A stretch of 64,000 nt of DNA from an uncultured Hormoscilla sp. (GTDB lineage: Bacteria; Cyanobacteriota; Cyanobacteriia; Cyanobacteriales; Desertifilaceae), in contig OZ001293.3 in the NCBI GenBank assembly GCA_963921275.4, positions 1,152,001-1,216,000 of the forward strand, read 5' to 3'. Shown here piece after piece: positions 11,494 to 23,079 of this stretch. Every line of letters begins with the position of its first letter. The stretch's first letter is position 1. The notes under the pieces were generated by a model. It had not been told where the DNA came from, made no database searches, and saw only the letters and a program-made list of their open reading frames with translations. A program made the translations under genes and the position numbers.

Positions 11494-12711
11494 ATGGACA
11501 TTGTAGAAAATCTGAAGATGGCGGGGACGACGCTGCTGGCAAATAAGATGCGCAGTACCTTGACGATGTTGGGAATTATCATTGGGAATGCTTCCGTGAT
11601 CGCAATGGTTGGCATCGGCGAAGGGGCCCAGAAGTTTGTGGAAGGTCAGGTAAATTCCCTGGGACCAAATGTGCTGTTTGTTTTGCCAGGGAGTCCCGAA
11701 GCGCAAAGGCGACCCGTTTATCCGCCTCAGACTTTGGTGTTAGCAGATGCAGAGGCGATCACCACGCAAGTCCCGTCTGTGGAAGCAGTAGCACCGATGC
11801 TAACTGGCAGCGAATTGATTAGTTACCGGAATAAAAATGTTTCCACTTCGATCACGGGAACGACGCCAGATATCCTGACAGTACGCAGTTTGGATGTTGC
11901 CAGAGGTCGGTTTTTAACCGAGTTAGATTTGCAGCGGCATGAAACTGTAGTTGCCCTGGGTTCGGAACTTGCCAAACAATTGTTTGGGGATGAAGATCCC
12001 TTGGGTAAATCTCTGCGACTAAAAAATGTGAGTCTGCGGGTGATTGGAGTGATGCAACCAAAAGGTTCGACCTTTGGCGATAATATGGATATGAACGCCT
12101 ACGTTCCCGTGACTATGATGGCGAACAGGATTACGGGACGGACTTCTCCCTATGGCATTCAAGTTACCTTTATTTCTGTCTCCGCTAAGGATGAAAATAG
12201 CATGAGTGCGGCCCAGTTTCAAATTGAAAATCTGTTAAGACTGCGGCATAAAATTACTGACGAGGATGATTTTACTGTCCGCAACCAGAAGGATTTAATG
12301 CAGATTATGGGCCAGATTACCGGGGCCCTGACCATGATGTTGGCGGGGATCGCGGCTATTTCGCTAGTAGTCGGCGGCATTGGCATTATGAATATTATGC
12401 TGGTTTCCGTGACGGAACGCACTCAGGAAATAGGACTGCGCAAGGCGATCGGGGCTTCAGAACGAGATATCTTGATTCAGTTTACGATCGAGTCAGTAAT
12501 TCTTTCCGCAGCAGGGGGATTAATAGGGACGGCGATCGGGATGAGTGGCGTTATTATGGTGGCCGCCTTTAGTCCTCTAGAATCAGGTGTTTCCCTGGGG
12601 GCGATCGCAGTTGCTATGGGAGTTTCTGGCACTATCGGTCTATTTTTCGGCGTCTTTCCCGCCCGACAAGCTGCTAAACTAGACCCGATCGTTGCCCTCC
12701 GCAGCGCCTAA
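11494..12711 (+). CDS. MacB/FtsX-type ABC permease
   Basis: RSTLTMLGIIIG; GGIGIMNIMLVSVTERTQEIGLRKAIGA; PARQAAKLDPIVALR. Confidence 0.92.
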   Translation: MDIVENLKMAGTTLLANKMRSTLTMLGIIIGNASVIAMVGIGEGAQKFVEGQVNSLGPNVLFVLPGSPEAQRRPVYPPQTLVLADAEAITTQVPSVEAVAPMLTGSELISYRNKNVSTSITGTTPDILTVRSLDVARGRFLTELDLQRHETVVALGSELAKQLFGDEDPLGKSLRLKNVSLRVIGVMQPKGSTFGDNMDMNAYVPVTMMANRITGRTSPYGIQVTFISVSAKDENSMSAAQFQIENLLRLRHKITDEDDFTVRNQKDLMQIMGQITGALTMMLAGIAAISLVVGGIGIMNIMLVSVTERTQEIGLRKAIGASERDILIQFTIESVILSAAGGLIGTAIGMSGVIMVAAFSPLESGVSLGAIAVAMGVSGTIGLFFGVFPARQAAKLDPIVALRSA

Positions 12712-12739
12712 CCGATTAATTAAATCTTGGGAGAGAAGC

Positions 12740-13510
12740 ATGGAAAAAATATCAGCGATCGAAAATCAAGAATCAGTACAACGTCAGGATAAATCCTCGA
12801 AGCCAATCATCATTAGCCTAGAGAATATTTATAAAGTATACAATATGGGAGATGTGGAAGTCAAGGCGCTACAAGATGTTAGTTTCACAGTAGAGAAAGG
12901 GGAATCTTGCTCGATTATGGGCCCTTCAGGATCGGGGAAGTCTACGGCGATGAATGTTATCGGTTGTCTGGACAGACCGACTGCGGGTCGCTATGATTTG
13001 GATGGGGTAGATGTGGCCCGAATGCCATCTAACGAACTTGCCCATATTCGCAACCAAAAGCTGGGGTTTGTGTTCCAGCAATTTCATCTGTTACCCCAGC
13101 TAACTGCTTGGGAAAATGTGATGCTACCAATGGTTTATGGGGGCGTTCGGCCAGCAGAAAGACGCGATCGGGCGGCAGCTGCTTTGGGAAAAGTTGGTTT
13201 GCACGATCGCATGCAGAATAAACCCAATCAACTGTCGGGGGGACAACAGCAACGGGTGGCGATCGCCCGGGCGATCGTGAACCGTCCCGTATTGCTGCTA
13301 GCGGACGAACCGACGGGGGCGTTGGACACGAAAACCACGCAAGAAGTGTTAGATATTTTTACAGAATTGAATGCTAGTGGGATGACAGTAGTGATGGTGA
13401 CTCACGAACCAGAGGTAGCGAGTCAAACCCAGCGCATTGTGTGGTTTCGGGATGGTAAAGTTTTGCACTCCTATCTGAGGCCAGAGGATTTGCATCAGGC
13501 GGTATTTTGA
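12740..13510 (+). CDS. ABC transporter ATPase (LolD/MacB family)
   Basis: [37 protein letters not shown]. Confidence 0.93.
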   Translation: MEKISAIENQESVQRQDKSSKPIIISLENIYKVYNMGDVEVKALQDVSFTVEKGESCSIMGPSGSGKSTAMNVIGCLDRPTAGRYDLDGVDVARMPSNELAHIRNQKLGFVFQQFHLLPQLTAWENVMLPMVYGGVRPAERRDRAAAALGKVGLHDRMQNKPNQLSGGQQQRVAIARAIVNRPVLLLADEPTGALDTKTTQEVLDIFTELNASGMTVVMVTHEPEVASQTQRIVWFRDGKVLHSYLRPEDLHQAVF

Positions 13511-13766
13511 CCCATGTGCAGGACAAAAATTGTATCGTCTCAAAAAATGCCTCAAACCCTTGCGGGACAAGCATTTGAGAACAAAGATGCTAAGTAGTTC
13601 GTAGTTCGTAGGCAAGTAGTTCGTAGTTATTCTCAGATTCTCTGATACTCGGTAACAGAAGAGTTCAGGATGTATTGGTGTGCTACATGATATGCAATTT
13701 AAATACGCGACAGCTTATAACACTCTCAGCATAAGGGTTTCAGGCTTTTTGTCCTGTACTGAGATC
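13510..13766. mobile_element. MITE-like element carrying a second nested repeat
   Basis: Inverted ends CAGGACAAAAA / TTTTTGTCCTG. The internal 13593-13718 segment (AGTTCGT repeats ... TTTAAAT.CGCGACAGCTTA) recurs at 31716-31841. Confidence 0.5.
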
Positions 13767-13773
13767 CCAGCTA

Positions 13774-16700
13774 CTATATTCTAAATGGAAACTGCTCGAT
13801 CTGCTCGACGTACAGTCGAAGCAATTTATCGTCAGGGGGCGGACAAGTGATGTCAGAATTAGCAAGTCCTTTCAGCACATTTTCGTAGTTCAAGCGTTGA
13901 GTGAAGGAAGATGCCTCTAAATAGGTTAGCTGGGTTTTGGAGATTTTTGCGGTTAAAAACGGCAAAATAGGACTTAAAACATTTTCTGGGGAACTCAAGA
14001 TAACATCCCCCATCTTTGATTCCCACTCGGGATAGTCAATTTGCTCGATGGGGTAGCCCAGAGAACGAACAAGCTTTACTAGCTCCCCAATATGCAAACA
14101 CTTCTCATTGACTAAGTGGAAGTTTTTTCCTAGAGATTCTTTCTGTCTCGATATATAAACAATGGCTTGACTTACATAGTCCACTGGTGTTAAGTCGAAC
14201 TCAATATTCATGTCGGGAGCACAACCTTGCTCGATAAAACTCTTAAGCAGGCGACCCAGGGTTTGATCTGCATTATACGCACCTGTTTTACTGTGGCCAG
14301 TAATCGTCCCCGGTCTGTATATACTAACCGGAATTCCTCGCGAACTTGCCGTTTTTAAAAATTTTTCCGCTACCCATTTACTTTGAGCATAGCCCCCATA
14401 GACAAGTTCGCAATCCTCAAGAGGGTCTTCTTCTCGAATCGACGGCTTGTTGAAATACCCCGTCGATTTAAAAACTGCCGGTGAAGAGATAAAATGAACG
14501 GGCTTGAGTTTGATTTGACTGGCTAATCTCAAGATTTCCTGAGTTCCCCCCACGTTGGCCGCTCGCATAGCCCTGTAGGGATATGCTAAATTTAAGAAAG
14601 TAGCAGCGTGATAGATAATATCGATTTCCCGTCCGACGCGCTCGAACTGTTGGGAGTGCAGTCCTAACAGTGGCTGGGACAAATCCCCGATTACCGGAAT
14701 AATTCGGGAGTTGAAATTTTCATATTCCAATATATAGCGATCGAGGTTGTTGGCAATTTTCTGCTTGCCTTCAGCAGGAGTCTTACAGCCGCGAACCAGG
14801 CAATAAATCTTGGCTGGGGTTTCTCTGAGAAGTTCGTCGAGTAAAAAAGCGCCGAGAAATCCCGTCGCTCCAGTCAAGAAAATAGCATTGGGTTCGGCTA
14901 AAGGCTCAACAGAAGAAAAGAGCGGCTCGATCGTAGGATCGAGAACTGCTTCTGAGAGCAACTCTTCCACAGTCATGCCTTCAATCCCTGTAGCCTCTTC
15001 TGAGTCGCCGAATGTCTCGATCGCTCGGGCCATATTAGCCACTGTTGGTACTTCTAACAAGCTGTGTAGGGGTAAATCAACTCCAAAAGCCTGTCTTACT
15101 TGGAAAAGCAGCCTAATTGCTAGGAGAGAATTTCCTCCTAATTCAAAGAAGTTGTCATTGGTACCAATTGGATTGATGTGTAAAACCTGACTCCAGAGTT
15201 GGGCTAGTTTGATTTCGACTGAGGTACGGGGTGCAATAAATTCTTGTTCTAGAATAGGTCGATCTGGATTTGGTGCTCTTAGCGATCGCCGGTCTAACTT
15301 CCCATTAGGTGTTAGGGGCAACTCGTCCAAAAAAACAAAAGCAGAAGGAAGCATATACTCTGGCAACTTTGCTTGGATAAGTCCGCGCAATTCTGGCACA
15401 ATTGCTGTCCGAGACTCTTCCCAAAGAGTGCTGACAATATAGGCGACTAAGCGTTTGTCACCCGGATTATCTTCCCTGGCAATAACTGCTGCTTGTTTCA
15501 CCGCAGGGTGTTGAGCGATCGCTCCATCAATTTCCCCTAGTTCGATGCGGAAACCGCGAATTTTGACCTGACCATCTCCTCGACCTAGCAACTCAATATT
15601 CCCATCGGCAAGATAGCTCGCTAAATCTCCAGTTTTATAGAGACGACTGAATTTTGAATTCTCAAAGGGGTTTGTTACGAACTTTTCTGCTGTTAATTGC
15701 GGACGGTTGAGATACCCCCTGACCAAATATTCTCCCCCAACGCATAGTTCTCCCGTTTCTCCTCTGGAAACGGGTTGCATTTGCTGGTCTAAAATATAAA
15801 TTTCCAGCTTGTCAATCGGGCAACTTACAGAAAAGTTGCGCGGTTCTGGTTCTGGGTTACACTGCCAGGAGCTAACGACAATGGTTTCAGTAGAGCCGTA
15901 TATCTCAATGGCTTCGCAATTGGGAAGGCGCTCCCAAAAACATTGTTTGAGAGCAAAAGGAAATGCTTCCCCACCCACAAAAACTCGTCTGAGATTCCTG
16001 CAAGTCTTCAACTCAGGCTCTTCTAGAAAAATCGAAAGCATAGAGGAGACAAAATAAGCAATGGTAATTTGCTCTTCGGAAATTAGTCGAACGATGTAAG
16101 CACTATCTTTTTCACCGTCGGGTTTGGCTAAAATGACGCAAGCTCCAGCCATTAGAGGCCAAAATAACTCCCACCGACTGGAAACGTCAAAGCTGAGAGA
16201 GGCTTTGTGCAAAATGCGATCGTCCGCAACAAAGGGAAAAGTTTCTTGAAGCCAGCGCCAGCTTTGACAAACCGCTCTCTGGGGCATCATTGCACCTTTT
16301 GGCTTTCCGGTCGAACCCGAAGTATAGGTAATGTAAGCTAAGTTTTCCGATCCAACGGCACTAACAGGGTTGGTTTTGCTTTCTACAGCTATTTTCTCCC
16401 AATCTGTATCCAAGCAAACCAGATGTCCTCGATATTCTGGAATTCCGCTTACTAATTTCTGTTGAGTCAACAGCACTGGCACCTGGGTATCATAGAGCAT
16501 GAACTCCAAACGCTCTTGAGGATAGGATGGGTCTAAGGGCACGTAAGCCCCCCCTGCTTTGAGAATCCCCAAAAGTCCGATCGCTGTATCGAGAGAACGC
16601 TCCACACAAATACCAACTATGGTTTCTGGTTTTACACCTAAGGAGCGCAAATAGCTGGCTAGCTGGTTCGCTTTGGCATTCAGTTCTCCGTAGGTTAACT

Positions 16701-16779
16701 GCTGGTTTTCAAACACAACCGCAATAGTATCGGGATTTTGTTCTACCCGATCTTCAAATAACTGAACTATTGTATCCAT
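13774..16779 (-). CDS. Single-module NRPS-like enzyme: adenylation, thiolation and thioester-reductase domains
   Basis: YTSGSTGKPKG, YKTGD, QVKIRGFRIELGEI, NGKLDR, FFELGGNSL, TGATGFLG, GYAQSKWVAE. Confidence 0.93.
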   Translation of the reverse strand: MDTIVQLFEDRVEQNPDTIAVVFENQQLTYGELNAKANQLASYLRSLGVKPETIVGICVERSLDTAIGLLGILKAGGAYVPLDPSYPQERLEFMLYDTQVPVLLTQQKLVSGIPEYRGHLVCLDTDWEKIAVESKTNPVSAVGSENLAYITYTSGSTGKPKGAMMPQRAVCQSWRWLQETFPFVADDRILHKASLSFDVSSRWELFWPLMAGACVILAKPDGEKDSAYIVRLISEEQITIAYFVSSMLSIFLEEPELKTCRNLRRVFVGGEAFPFALKQCFWERLPNCEAIEIYGSTETIVVSSWQCNPEPEPRNFSVSCPIDKLEIYILDQQMQPVSRGETGELCVGGEYLVRGYLNRPQLTAEKFVTNPFENSKFSRLYKTGDLASYLADGNIELLGRGDGQVKIRGFRIELGEIDGAIAQHPAVKQAAVIAREDNPGDKRLVAYIVSTLWEESRTAIVPELRGLIQAKLPEYMLPSAFVFLDELPLTPNGKLDRRSLRAPNPDRPILEQEFIAPRTSVEIKLAQLWSQVLHINPIGTNDNFFELGGNSLLAIRLLFQVRQAFGVDLPLHSLLEVPTVANMARAIETFGDSEEATGIEGMTVEELLSEAVLDPTIEPLFSSVEPLAEPNAIFLTGATGFLGAFLLDELLRETPAKIYCLVRGCKTPAEGKQKIANNLDRYILEYENFNSRIIPVIGDLSQPLLGLHSQQFERVGREIDIIYHAATFLNLAYPYRAMRAANVGGTQEILRLASQIKLKPVHFISSPAVFKSTGYFNKPSIREEDPLEDCELVYGGYAQSKWVAEKFLKTASSRGIPVSIYRPGTITGHSKTGAYNADQTLGRLLKSFIEQGCAPDMNIEFDLTPVDYVSQAIVYISRQKESLGKNFHLVNEKCLHIGELVKLVRSLGYPIEQIDYPEWESKMGDVILSSPENVLSPILPFLTAKISKTQLTYLEASSFTQRLNYENVLKGLANSDITCPPPDDKLLRLYVEQIEQFPFRI

Positions 16780-16797
16780 ATGCTTTTCCCATGCACT

Positions 16798-17566
16798 TTA
16801 GCGCACGTATGAGGCTCCATTAATATCAATGCTGGTTCCGGTTGCCGAGGGGACTTGTCCGGATAAGAGGAAAATGACCATGGCAGCAACTTCCTCTGGC
16901 TGGGCGATTCGCTGTAGGGGAATACCGGATACAATCTGGGACAGGGGATAGTTTTCGGTAAATGCCCCAGCCATCTCGGTATCGACAAAGCCCGGACAAA
17001 TCGAGTAGGCCAGTATTCCATCGGCAGCGAAGTTTCGAGCAATACTTTTTGTCAGATTGCTCAGTGCTGCTTTCGAGGCCGCATAGTGCATATATTCTGG
17101 CGTGTCGCCGCGATGAGCCGCACGACTGGAGATATTGACAATAACTCCTCCTTGCTTGGACTGGAAATGTGCGATCGCCTGTCGGGAGATCGCACTGACA
17201 GCAATCAGGTTAACCTGAAGAGTTTCGATCCATTTCTCTTCCCAGACTGAGGGATTATCATCTAAGCTGAGTTCGGTCATAATTGCGGCATTATTGACAA
17301 CACCATCAATGGAATATCCCCTGATTGATAGTTTCCTCCACCAGTTCTCGTCCTGCTTGGGGCTTGGATAAATCTTTTTGAATCACAACACAATCGGGTT
17401 TTGCCTTGGATGCCAGTTCTTTGGCTGACTCGATGTGGGAATTGCAATGCAGGATAACTTTTGCTCCGTGGGCGATCAGGCGATCGGCTATCGAGTAGCC
17501 GATTCCTGTTCCTGCACCCGTTACTAGGAATGTCTTTTCTGAAATTGGCAAGTTTACAAGATTCAT
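16798..17566 (-). pseudogene. SDR oxidoreductase, frameshifted
   Basis: TGAGTGIG in one frame; NNAA, YAASK and PGFVDT in another; shift near 17320. Confidence 0.85.
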
Positions 17567-17597
17567 TTAATTAGGAATTAACCAGACTCACGTTAAC

Positions 17598-17954
17598 TTA
17601 ATTGTTAGAATGCTTATCGTTGAAACATTCTGGCGAAGAAACCACCAATAAATTAAGCTCATCCCTAGATTCATTTTTAATTTGATGTATTGCTCCAGGA
17701 GGTACTAATATGCTGTCGCCACTGTTGAGAATATGTGTTTTTCCTTCAATTAATAGAGATGCTTCGCCCTCCAGTATATAGAAAAAATGTCGGGAAACTT
17801 CGTGGTAATGTTCTACCCCCTTACTTCCCGGTGGCATAATTTCTTCTACGATGCTCAACTCGTCACTTTTTAATAAATGCCATCCATCACAGGCTGTTCC
17901 CTATTTGAAATTCTCAGCAGTCGCTTTATTGACGATCTTTTCTTGATTTGACAT
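17598..17954 (-). pseudogene. Cupin domain protein with an internal stop
   Basis: HYHE..FFYILEG..PGAIHQ motif; TAG at 17901-17903 inside FK*GTACDGWHLL. Confidence 0.75.
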
Positions 17955-18011
17955 AGTTGTTTCCTTTTTAAGTGAAAGAGATTTAAGTTCGATTGACACT
18001 TAGTACCTTAC

Positions 18012-19772
18012 CTAGGTTTTCTTGGCACGGATAAAATACAACTGTTGATATAGAGTTCCATCTTTTTCTATAAAGGGGGATGGTTCTCTTTCTCTATCTG
18101 CTACTTTTTGATAGCTTTGCACAAACTCTCTGTGATAGTTAGCTAGGGGAACATTAACTCTACGGACAACTGCCCAATTTGCATCGCCTCGTTCTTCCCA
18201 GTTAATAAAATAGTCTAAGGATTGTCGCCATCACTTTGAATTCCTTTCCCCCAGTATTTCTCCATTAACCGATAGGTTAGCCTCGGACCATTTTTACTGG
18301 TAGCGATAAACAGAATTTCTCCTTCTGGTGCTAGATAGGAGCTTCCCTCGGCAATGAGAGTATCCATTATCAGTCTACCGCGATCGCCATTGCGGTTCCA
18401 CTCTCCGCCCCGAAATTCGTGGGCAGACTTAAGTCTTGCGTGCAATTGCTCTTCCGTATCAGGGAGTGCTGGAGGATTGAGGTAAACGCGGTCAATTTTA
18501 CCTGGTCGGGGTCGAGCTGGGAATCACTCCCCAACCCTCCAAGAGCGGAACCGGGCTTGCGACTTTCACCGCACCCGGCTACTGGGCAGTAGGGCCTTGT
18601 CATTGGTAGGATTACTGGGGATTACTCCCGTTGTCCCTCATCTCATGTAATTTCTCCCCTTTCCTGGTTGGTAAGTGGCGCTGCCGGATAACCTTTAGTA
18701 TTACCAATTTATCTGAGTCCGTTTCACCAGTTATCCCACCTTCGCATGCTAGGTATTGGGGCGTATTAGGGTTACTTTAGCCCGAGATTTCCTACTGTCA
18801 CCGACCCCTGTTTGCTTATCCCAGGCATTAATTAGGGCTTTTGCTTCTTGGGCCATCCCTCCCACCGTAGCTTGCGCTTCACATCTGACTGGTCTCGGTA
18901 GACAGCACACGATGGGTTACTTCGTTCCCTAGTATCATTTCACGATGCTTTTAGGTTCCTACTATACCCCGGGAGTTCTTTGAGTACGTTATTAGCCAGA
19001 TAGAAGAGCTAATACTAACTACCATTTCCCTTTTTTTTGGGCAAGCGCATAAGCCTTATTCCGCTGGTTCTAGTTAACGAGGTTTACATAGGTTCGCTTG
19101 TTCTAACCATTAGCATCTTTCCTAGCGGCGTCACCGGCTTAGGCTGCCAGTTATCCTACATTTAAGTCCTCGGGAGGCACCACGGCGATGTCGCTCCGTA
19201 GCACCTCCGACCGGTAGTACCCTCGACCCCCGTACCTGGGGAGGGGGAATTGAACCCCCATGATTACCAGAGTTCCTAATTTCTTAGGCTAGCGTTCCGT
19301 GTTTGACTACGTTAGACTAGAACGAATCGCACTCAATCTCTCGATTCCCTTTAACCGCAGCAAAGCTGTTGGACTGGAAACTTTGGAAATCCTTTGGGTT
19401 AAGACCATTCAGTTCCCAATTACGCTGGGCTAGGGAAACAGCATAGGGATTTAGTTCAGTACAAATTACCTTGGCTGCACCGCATTTACCAGCAACTATA
19501 CCGAACATTCCCGATCCCCCAGCAAAATCCATCACCACCTTCCCTGTCAAATCATCAGCAGCTATTAGCTGGCACATGGTCAGAGAAAATAGCGAAGAAG
19601 GTGTCCAGGCATTGGGATGGGTTTCTAGTAATATATCTAAGTCATTACTTAGACTATATTTGACAATTGTACCAGTCTCTAGGGACTGATAGTCAGTGTT
19701 ACTGTCTGCGTCATAGGTAATGATTTGCTTCTGTTCAGAAAATTTTTCTAAATCAAGTTTTGACATGTTCAT
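18012..19772 (-). pseudogene. Class I SAM methyltransferase (NPP motif) split by a group II intron, with a distal frameshift
   Basis: Exon 1 has MDFAGGSG. Splicing 19333 to 18503 gives REIE-GKIDRVYLNPPALPD in frame with ORF 18215-18445. A shift near 18217 would extend the frame to TAG at 18012. Confidence 0.8.
18504..19332 (-). ncRNA. ORF-less group II intron (829 nt)
   Basis: 5' GTGCGATTCGTTC pairs with GAACGAA; DV GTAGCCGGGTGCGGTGAAAGTCGCAAGCCCGGTTC; DVI ends CGACCCCGACC; removal restores the host frame. Confidence 0.9.
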
Positions 19773-20460
19773 TGATTATAATTGCACTGGATAATTTAGT
19801 TTGGATATAATTTTTTTTGTTTCTTCTCTCCAACATTAATTCAACAATTTTTGCTAACTTTGGATGCATAATAAAGTCTTGTTTTTCTTCATTATTTTGC
19901 TGCTTAATACCTTTTACTTCGCCGCGTTTTATCTTCAGTAAAGCTTCCGTAAATACTTGCCATTTATTGGTGTAGTAATTGCGATCTGTGACTGTTTTTA
20001 TCGTGTCTCCTGCTTGTAACTCCAATTGCCTTCTGACAAGAATTTCCCCCGTGTCTAAACCCTCATCAACTAGATGGGCGCTAACACCTACTGGCCCGCC
20101 TTCCAGAATGGCCCAGCGCCTACTCTCTAAACCGCGATACTGGGGTAAGAAACCTGTATGAATGTTTACTGTAGCAATTTTAGGTATTTCCAGTATTGGT
20201 TTGCGTAAAATATTTAAAACATTGACTGCTAAAACATCTGGTGCAATTGCTTTCATCAAAGTCAGACCTTCATTGCTATTAGGATCGTCAAGAAAATGTA
20301 GGTTGAAGCGATCGTTCTGAGCCTGCTCCCTCAAAAGATCGTATTGTCGATCGTCATTACCTACGATGATAACATCAGCAAATTTCAGAGCCTGGGTTTG
20401 GGCCTGATAAATAATATGAATAGTTATCAGAGGTGGGGTTGATAATAAACAAAATTTCAT
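19753..20460 (-). CDS. Formyltransferase-like protein
   Basis: NIHTGFLPQYRG, GVSAHLVDEGLDTG; TGATG coupling to the upstream ORF. Confidence 0.8.
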   Translation of the reverse strand: MKFCLLSTPPLITIHIIYQAQTQALKFADVIIVGNDDRQYDLLREQAQNDRFNLHFLDDPNSNEGLTLMKAIAPDVLAVNVLNILRKPILEIPKIATVNIHTGFLPQYRGLESRRWAILEGGPVGVSAHLVDEGLDTGEILVRRQLELQAGDTIKTVTDRNYYTNKWQVFTEALLKIKRGEVKGIKQQNNEEKQDFIMHPKLAKIVELMLERRNKKNYIQTKLSSAIIINEHVKT

Positions 20461-20738
20461 CAGATAATTCCCAATCTCTTTTTCAGGGTTTCTAGGCAAT
20501 CATGTTCGCGTTCTTCAATTTCCCTAAGTTGATTCTCCTTTAGATACTCTTCCCGCAACCTGTCATTCAACTTAAGTGCTGTATTTAAGAAGCGATAATC
20601 ATAACTTTCCATAGCATGATCCATAAAACTGAGTGAAAGCATTTCTGGGATAGAAATGTCTGAATTTTCCCGTCTCCACAACTTTCTTATTTCTACGCTA
20701 CGCATAGATTTTTCCAATTTTTTGGCTTTTTCACTCAT
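20460..20738 (-). CDS. Hypothetical protein
   Basis: 92 aa ORF with a GAGG RBS, translationally coupled within the operon. Confidence 0.55.
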   Translation of the reverse strand: MSEKAKKLEKSMRSVEIRKLWRRENSDISIPEMLSLSFMDHAMESYDYRFLNTALKLNDRLREEYLKENQLREIEEREHDCLETLKKRLGII

Positions 20739-20824
20739 TTTTCCCTCATTTTTTGATTTACTTTTCCTCTCTTCTTAAGCTTTACAGATCGCAGCCTTCT
20801 TTGACACTCATGAATGCAAAAAAT

Positions 20825-22336
20825 TTATGTTGCAATAATTTGCTCTGATTTTTTTTCTAACTCTTTACCTTCACTTGCAATTATTTTCTCAAAGTCATTA
20901 AATGAAAACATGCCTTTTTCTAGAGCCAGCCAAAAATATTTTAGTCTGTTTAGGACTTCATCAATGTACTCTTGGCTATTTTTGAATCCTTCTTCTGTTA
21001 GAGCTTGTTGACCCCGCATCAGATTAATCCGTACTCCAAAACCCGGTATTCCCATGGCAGAAGGAATACTGCAATGAAGACCTGTTATCAAACTTAATGT
21101 CTGGCAAAGGTGTTGAGCATCTCGACAATCTTTTTCCGAAAGAAAGGAAGATTCAAAGTTTATAAAATAGTTAATCCCCGCTTCCGGGTTAGCATAGGGA
21201 CGCATCAGTTATGCTCCCAATTCCTGATTGATTTGTGCAATTTTTTTAGTAGCATAATCAAAGTTTTCAAACTGATAATCTACGGAACCACCTCGTTCGA
21301 GGAACTTTTCCATAATCTGTGAGGCAACAAGAGTTTCCAGTTTCGAGAATTGAGAAACAGTATAGAAGCTATTTGAGCCGAAAAAGATGGATAGCTTTTC
21401 TTTCAATGTCTTGCTACCACAAGCGATCGGGGTTATTAGTCCCCAATTGGCCGCCGGAATTTTCTTCCTCATGCTAGTTGTATAGATAGCATTCTTGCGA
21501 ATCTCTGGATATTCATATAGAGAATGAATTTTATCCTCCTTGAATAATCCACCATTATAGGCATCGATTAAGATGACCATTTCAGGATACTTTACGAGTT
21601 CTTGTTCGATCAGAGCGGCAATGTCAGCAAGAGCTTCATCTCTGAAGATAAATCCCAGGGCAGTAGGTTCCTCCCATATAAAAGCTACGGGTACTCTATC
21701 GCTGTTTTGGGCAGCTTCAAAAGCTTCTTTAATCGCAGCTGCAGTTACCGTAAATTTTTCGCCTGTGGATTGGGCATAAATTAATTCACCGCCGAGCAAG
21801 TATGGGAACGAGCCGCCACACTTAAAAGAACCTTCAACTCCGATGACACAAGGCTTTTTATATAAAAGCTTTTTGAAATTTTGAAGATCATTGACCTTAT
21901 CTTGGACCGATCCAAATATTCCATCATGGAACTCTTGATAATGTTTCTGAAATGCAATGCTCAAAGCATAATATATAGCAATCATTGAGCTCCCCGGAAA
22001 CACCAGTACGTCATCAATTTCGACTGGTATTTGCTTTTGTAAAACTTTATAAGCCAACTCTAGCAGTTTTTGCGGTTGATGACCTACTGTTTGGGCTAAC
22101 TCAATTGGGGACAGAGAATATTCCAGGAGATATTCATTAAGTTGTTCTAGATCCTTTTGGATATCTGAAGCTGGCTTAATGTCCCACGCCTCAATCTGTT
22201 GTAGTTGGGAGCTTTCTCCGATTTTTTTGACTAATGGCCTGAAATCTTTAGAATATCTGAAATACTCGCAAAAATTAGCAAAACCTGGATTAATAATCGG
22301 ATCGAATTCAAAACCCCCTCTCAGCATAATCTTCAT
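20825..22336 (-). pseudogene. Possible PLP-dependent aminotransferase-like protein split by an in-frame stop
   Basis: ORFs 21209-22336 and 20825-21205 share one frame across TAA. FPGSSMIA, EEPTALG, ILIDAY, TSMRKK and GVRIN weakly resemble class I/II aminotransferase motifs. Confidence 0.5.
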
Positions 22337-22448
22337 ACAATTTTTTCTCTATCTTTACAGCTCTTACGCTCTTTCCGCTAATTTCTGTTTACATTCGCTC
22401 CGCCAGGATGGTTGCGGCCATTTCCGATGATTACATTTCCACTTTTAT

Positions 22449-22477
22449 ATTCTATTACCTTTCCCTATTTCTGTCAA
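22449..22477 (-). promoter_or_regulatory. Sigma70-type promoter of the NRPS-like operon
   Basis: TTGACA-17 nt-TAGAAT on the minus strand; a degenerate duplicate lies at ~22598-22627. Confidence 0.6.
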
Positions 22478-22683
22478 CCCCTCATCTTTTTTTCTTTGTG
22501 ACCACCAGTCCTGAGTTCTGAGGACTTTTCCCGGCGTTGGAACTCCTCTTTCTGAGAGCGGGAGCCTAACTTAGATGTCACCGGCAACCCCATCATCTAT
22601 TTTCTTGCCTTTTCCCTATTTCTGTCAACCCCTCATCTTTTTTTCCTTTCCTTGTCACCACCAGTCACTCTTTAATCCTACTT

Positions 22684-22970
22684 TCAACTGTCGGGCGGAC
22701 AGCAGCAACGGGTGACGATCGATCTCCCGGGCGATCGTGAACCGTCCTGTATTGCTGCTAGCGGACGAACCGACGGGGGCGTTGGACACGAAAACTACCC
22801 AAGAAGTGCTGGACATTTTTACCGAATTAAATGCTAGTGGGATGACAGTAGTGATGGTGACTCACGAACCAGAGGTAGCGCGTCAGACTCAGCGAATTGT
22901 GTGGTTTCGGGATGGTATGGTTTTGCATTCTTATCTGAGGCCAGAGGATTTGCATCAGGCGGTCTCTTGA
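22684..22970 (+). pseudogene. Duplicated 3' end of the ABC ATPase gene
   Basis: Near-identical to 13228-13510, has no 5' half, small indel near the start. Confidence 0.9.
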
Positions 22971-23079
22971 CAAATCATGTCTTGGGGATTATGATAGTAG
23001 AGAAGGTTAGGTGGGCGATCGCCTCTGGTAACATCCAGACCTATGTCAAGATCGTGTAATTATTACCAATAGGAAAGCT

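Noticed and set aside
19235..19265. tRNA-like T-arm GGGGGTTCAATTCCCCC
   Set aside because: It lies inside intron domain I, has no acceptor or anticodon arms, and the sibling introns have GTTAAATT at this position.
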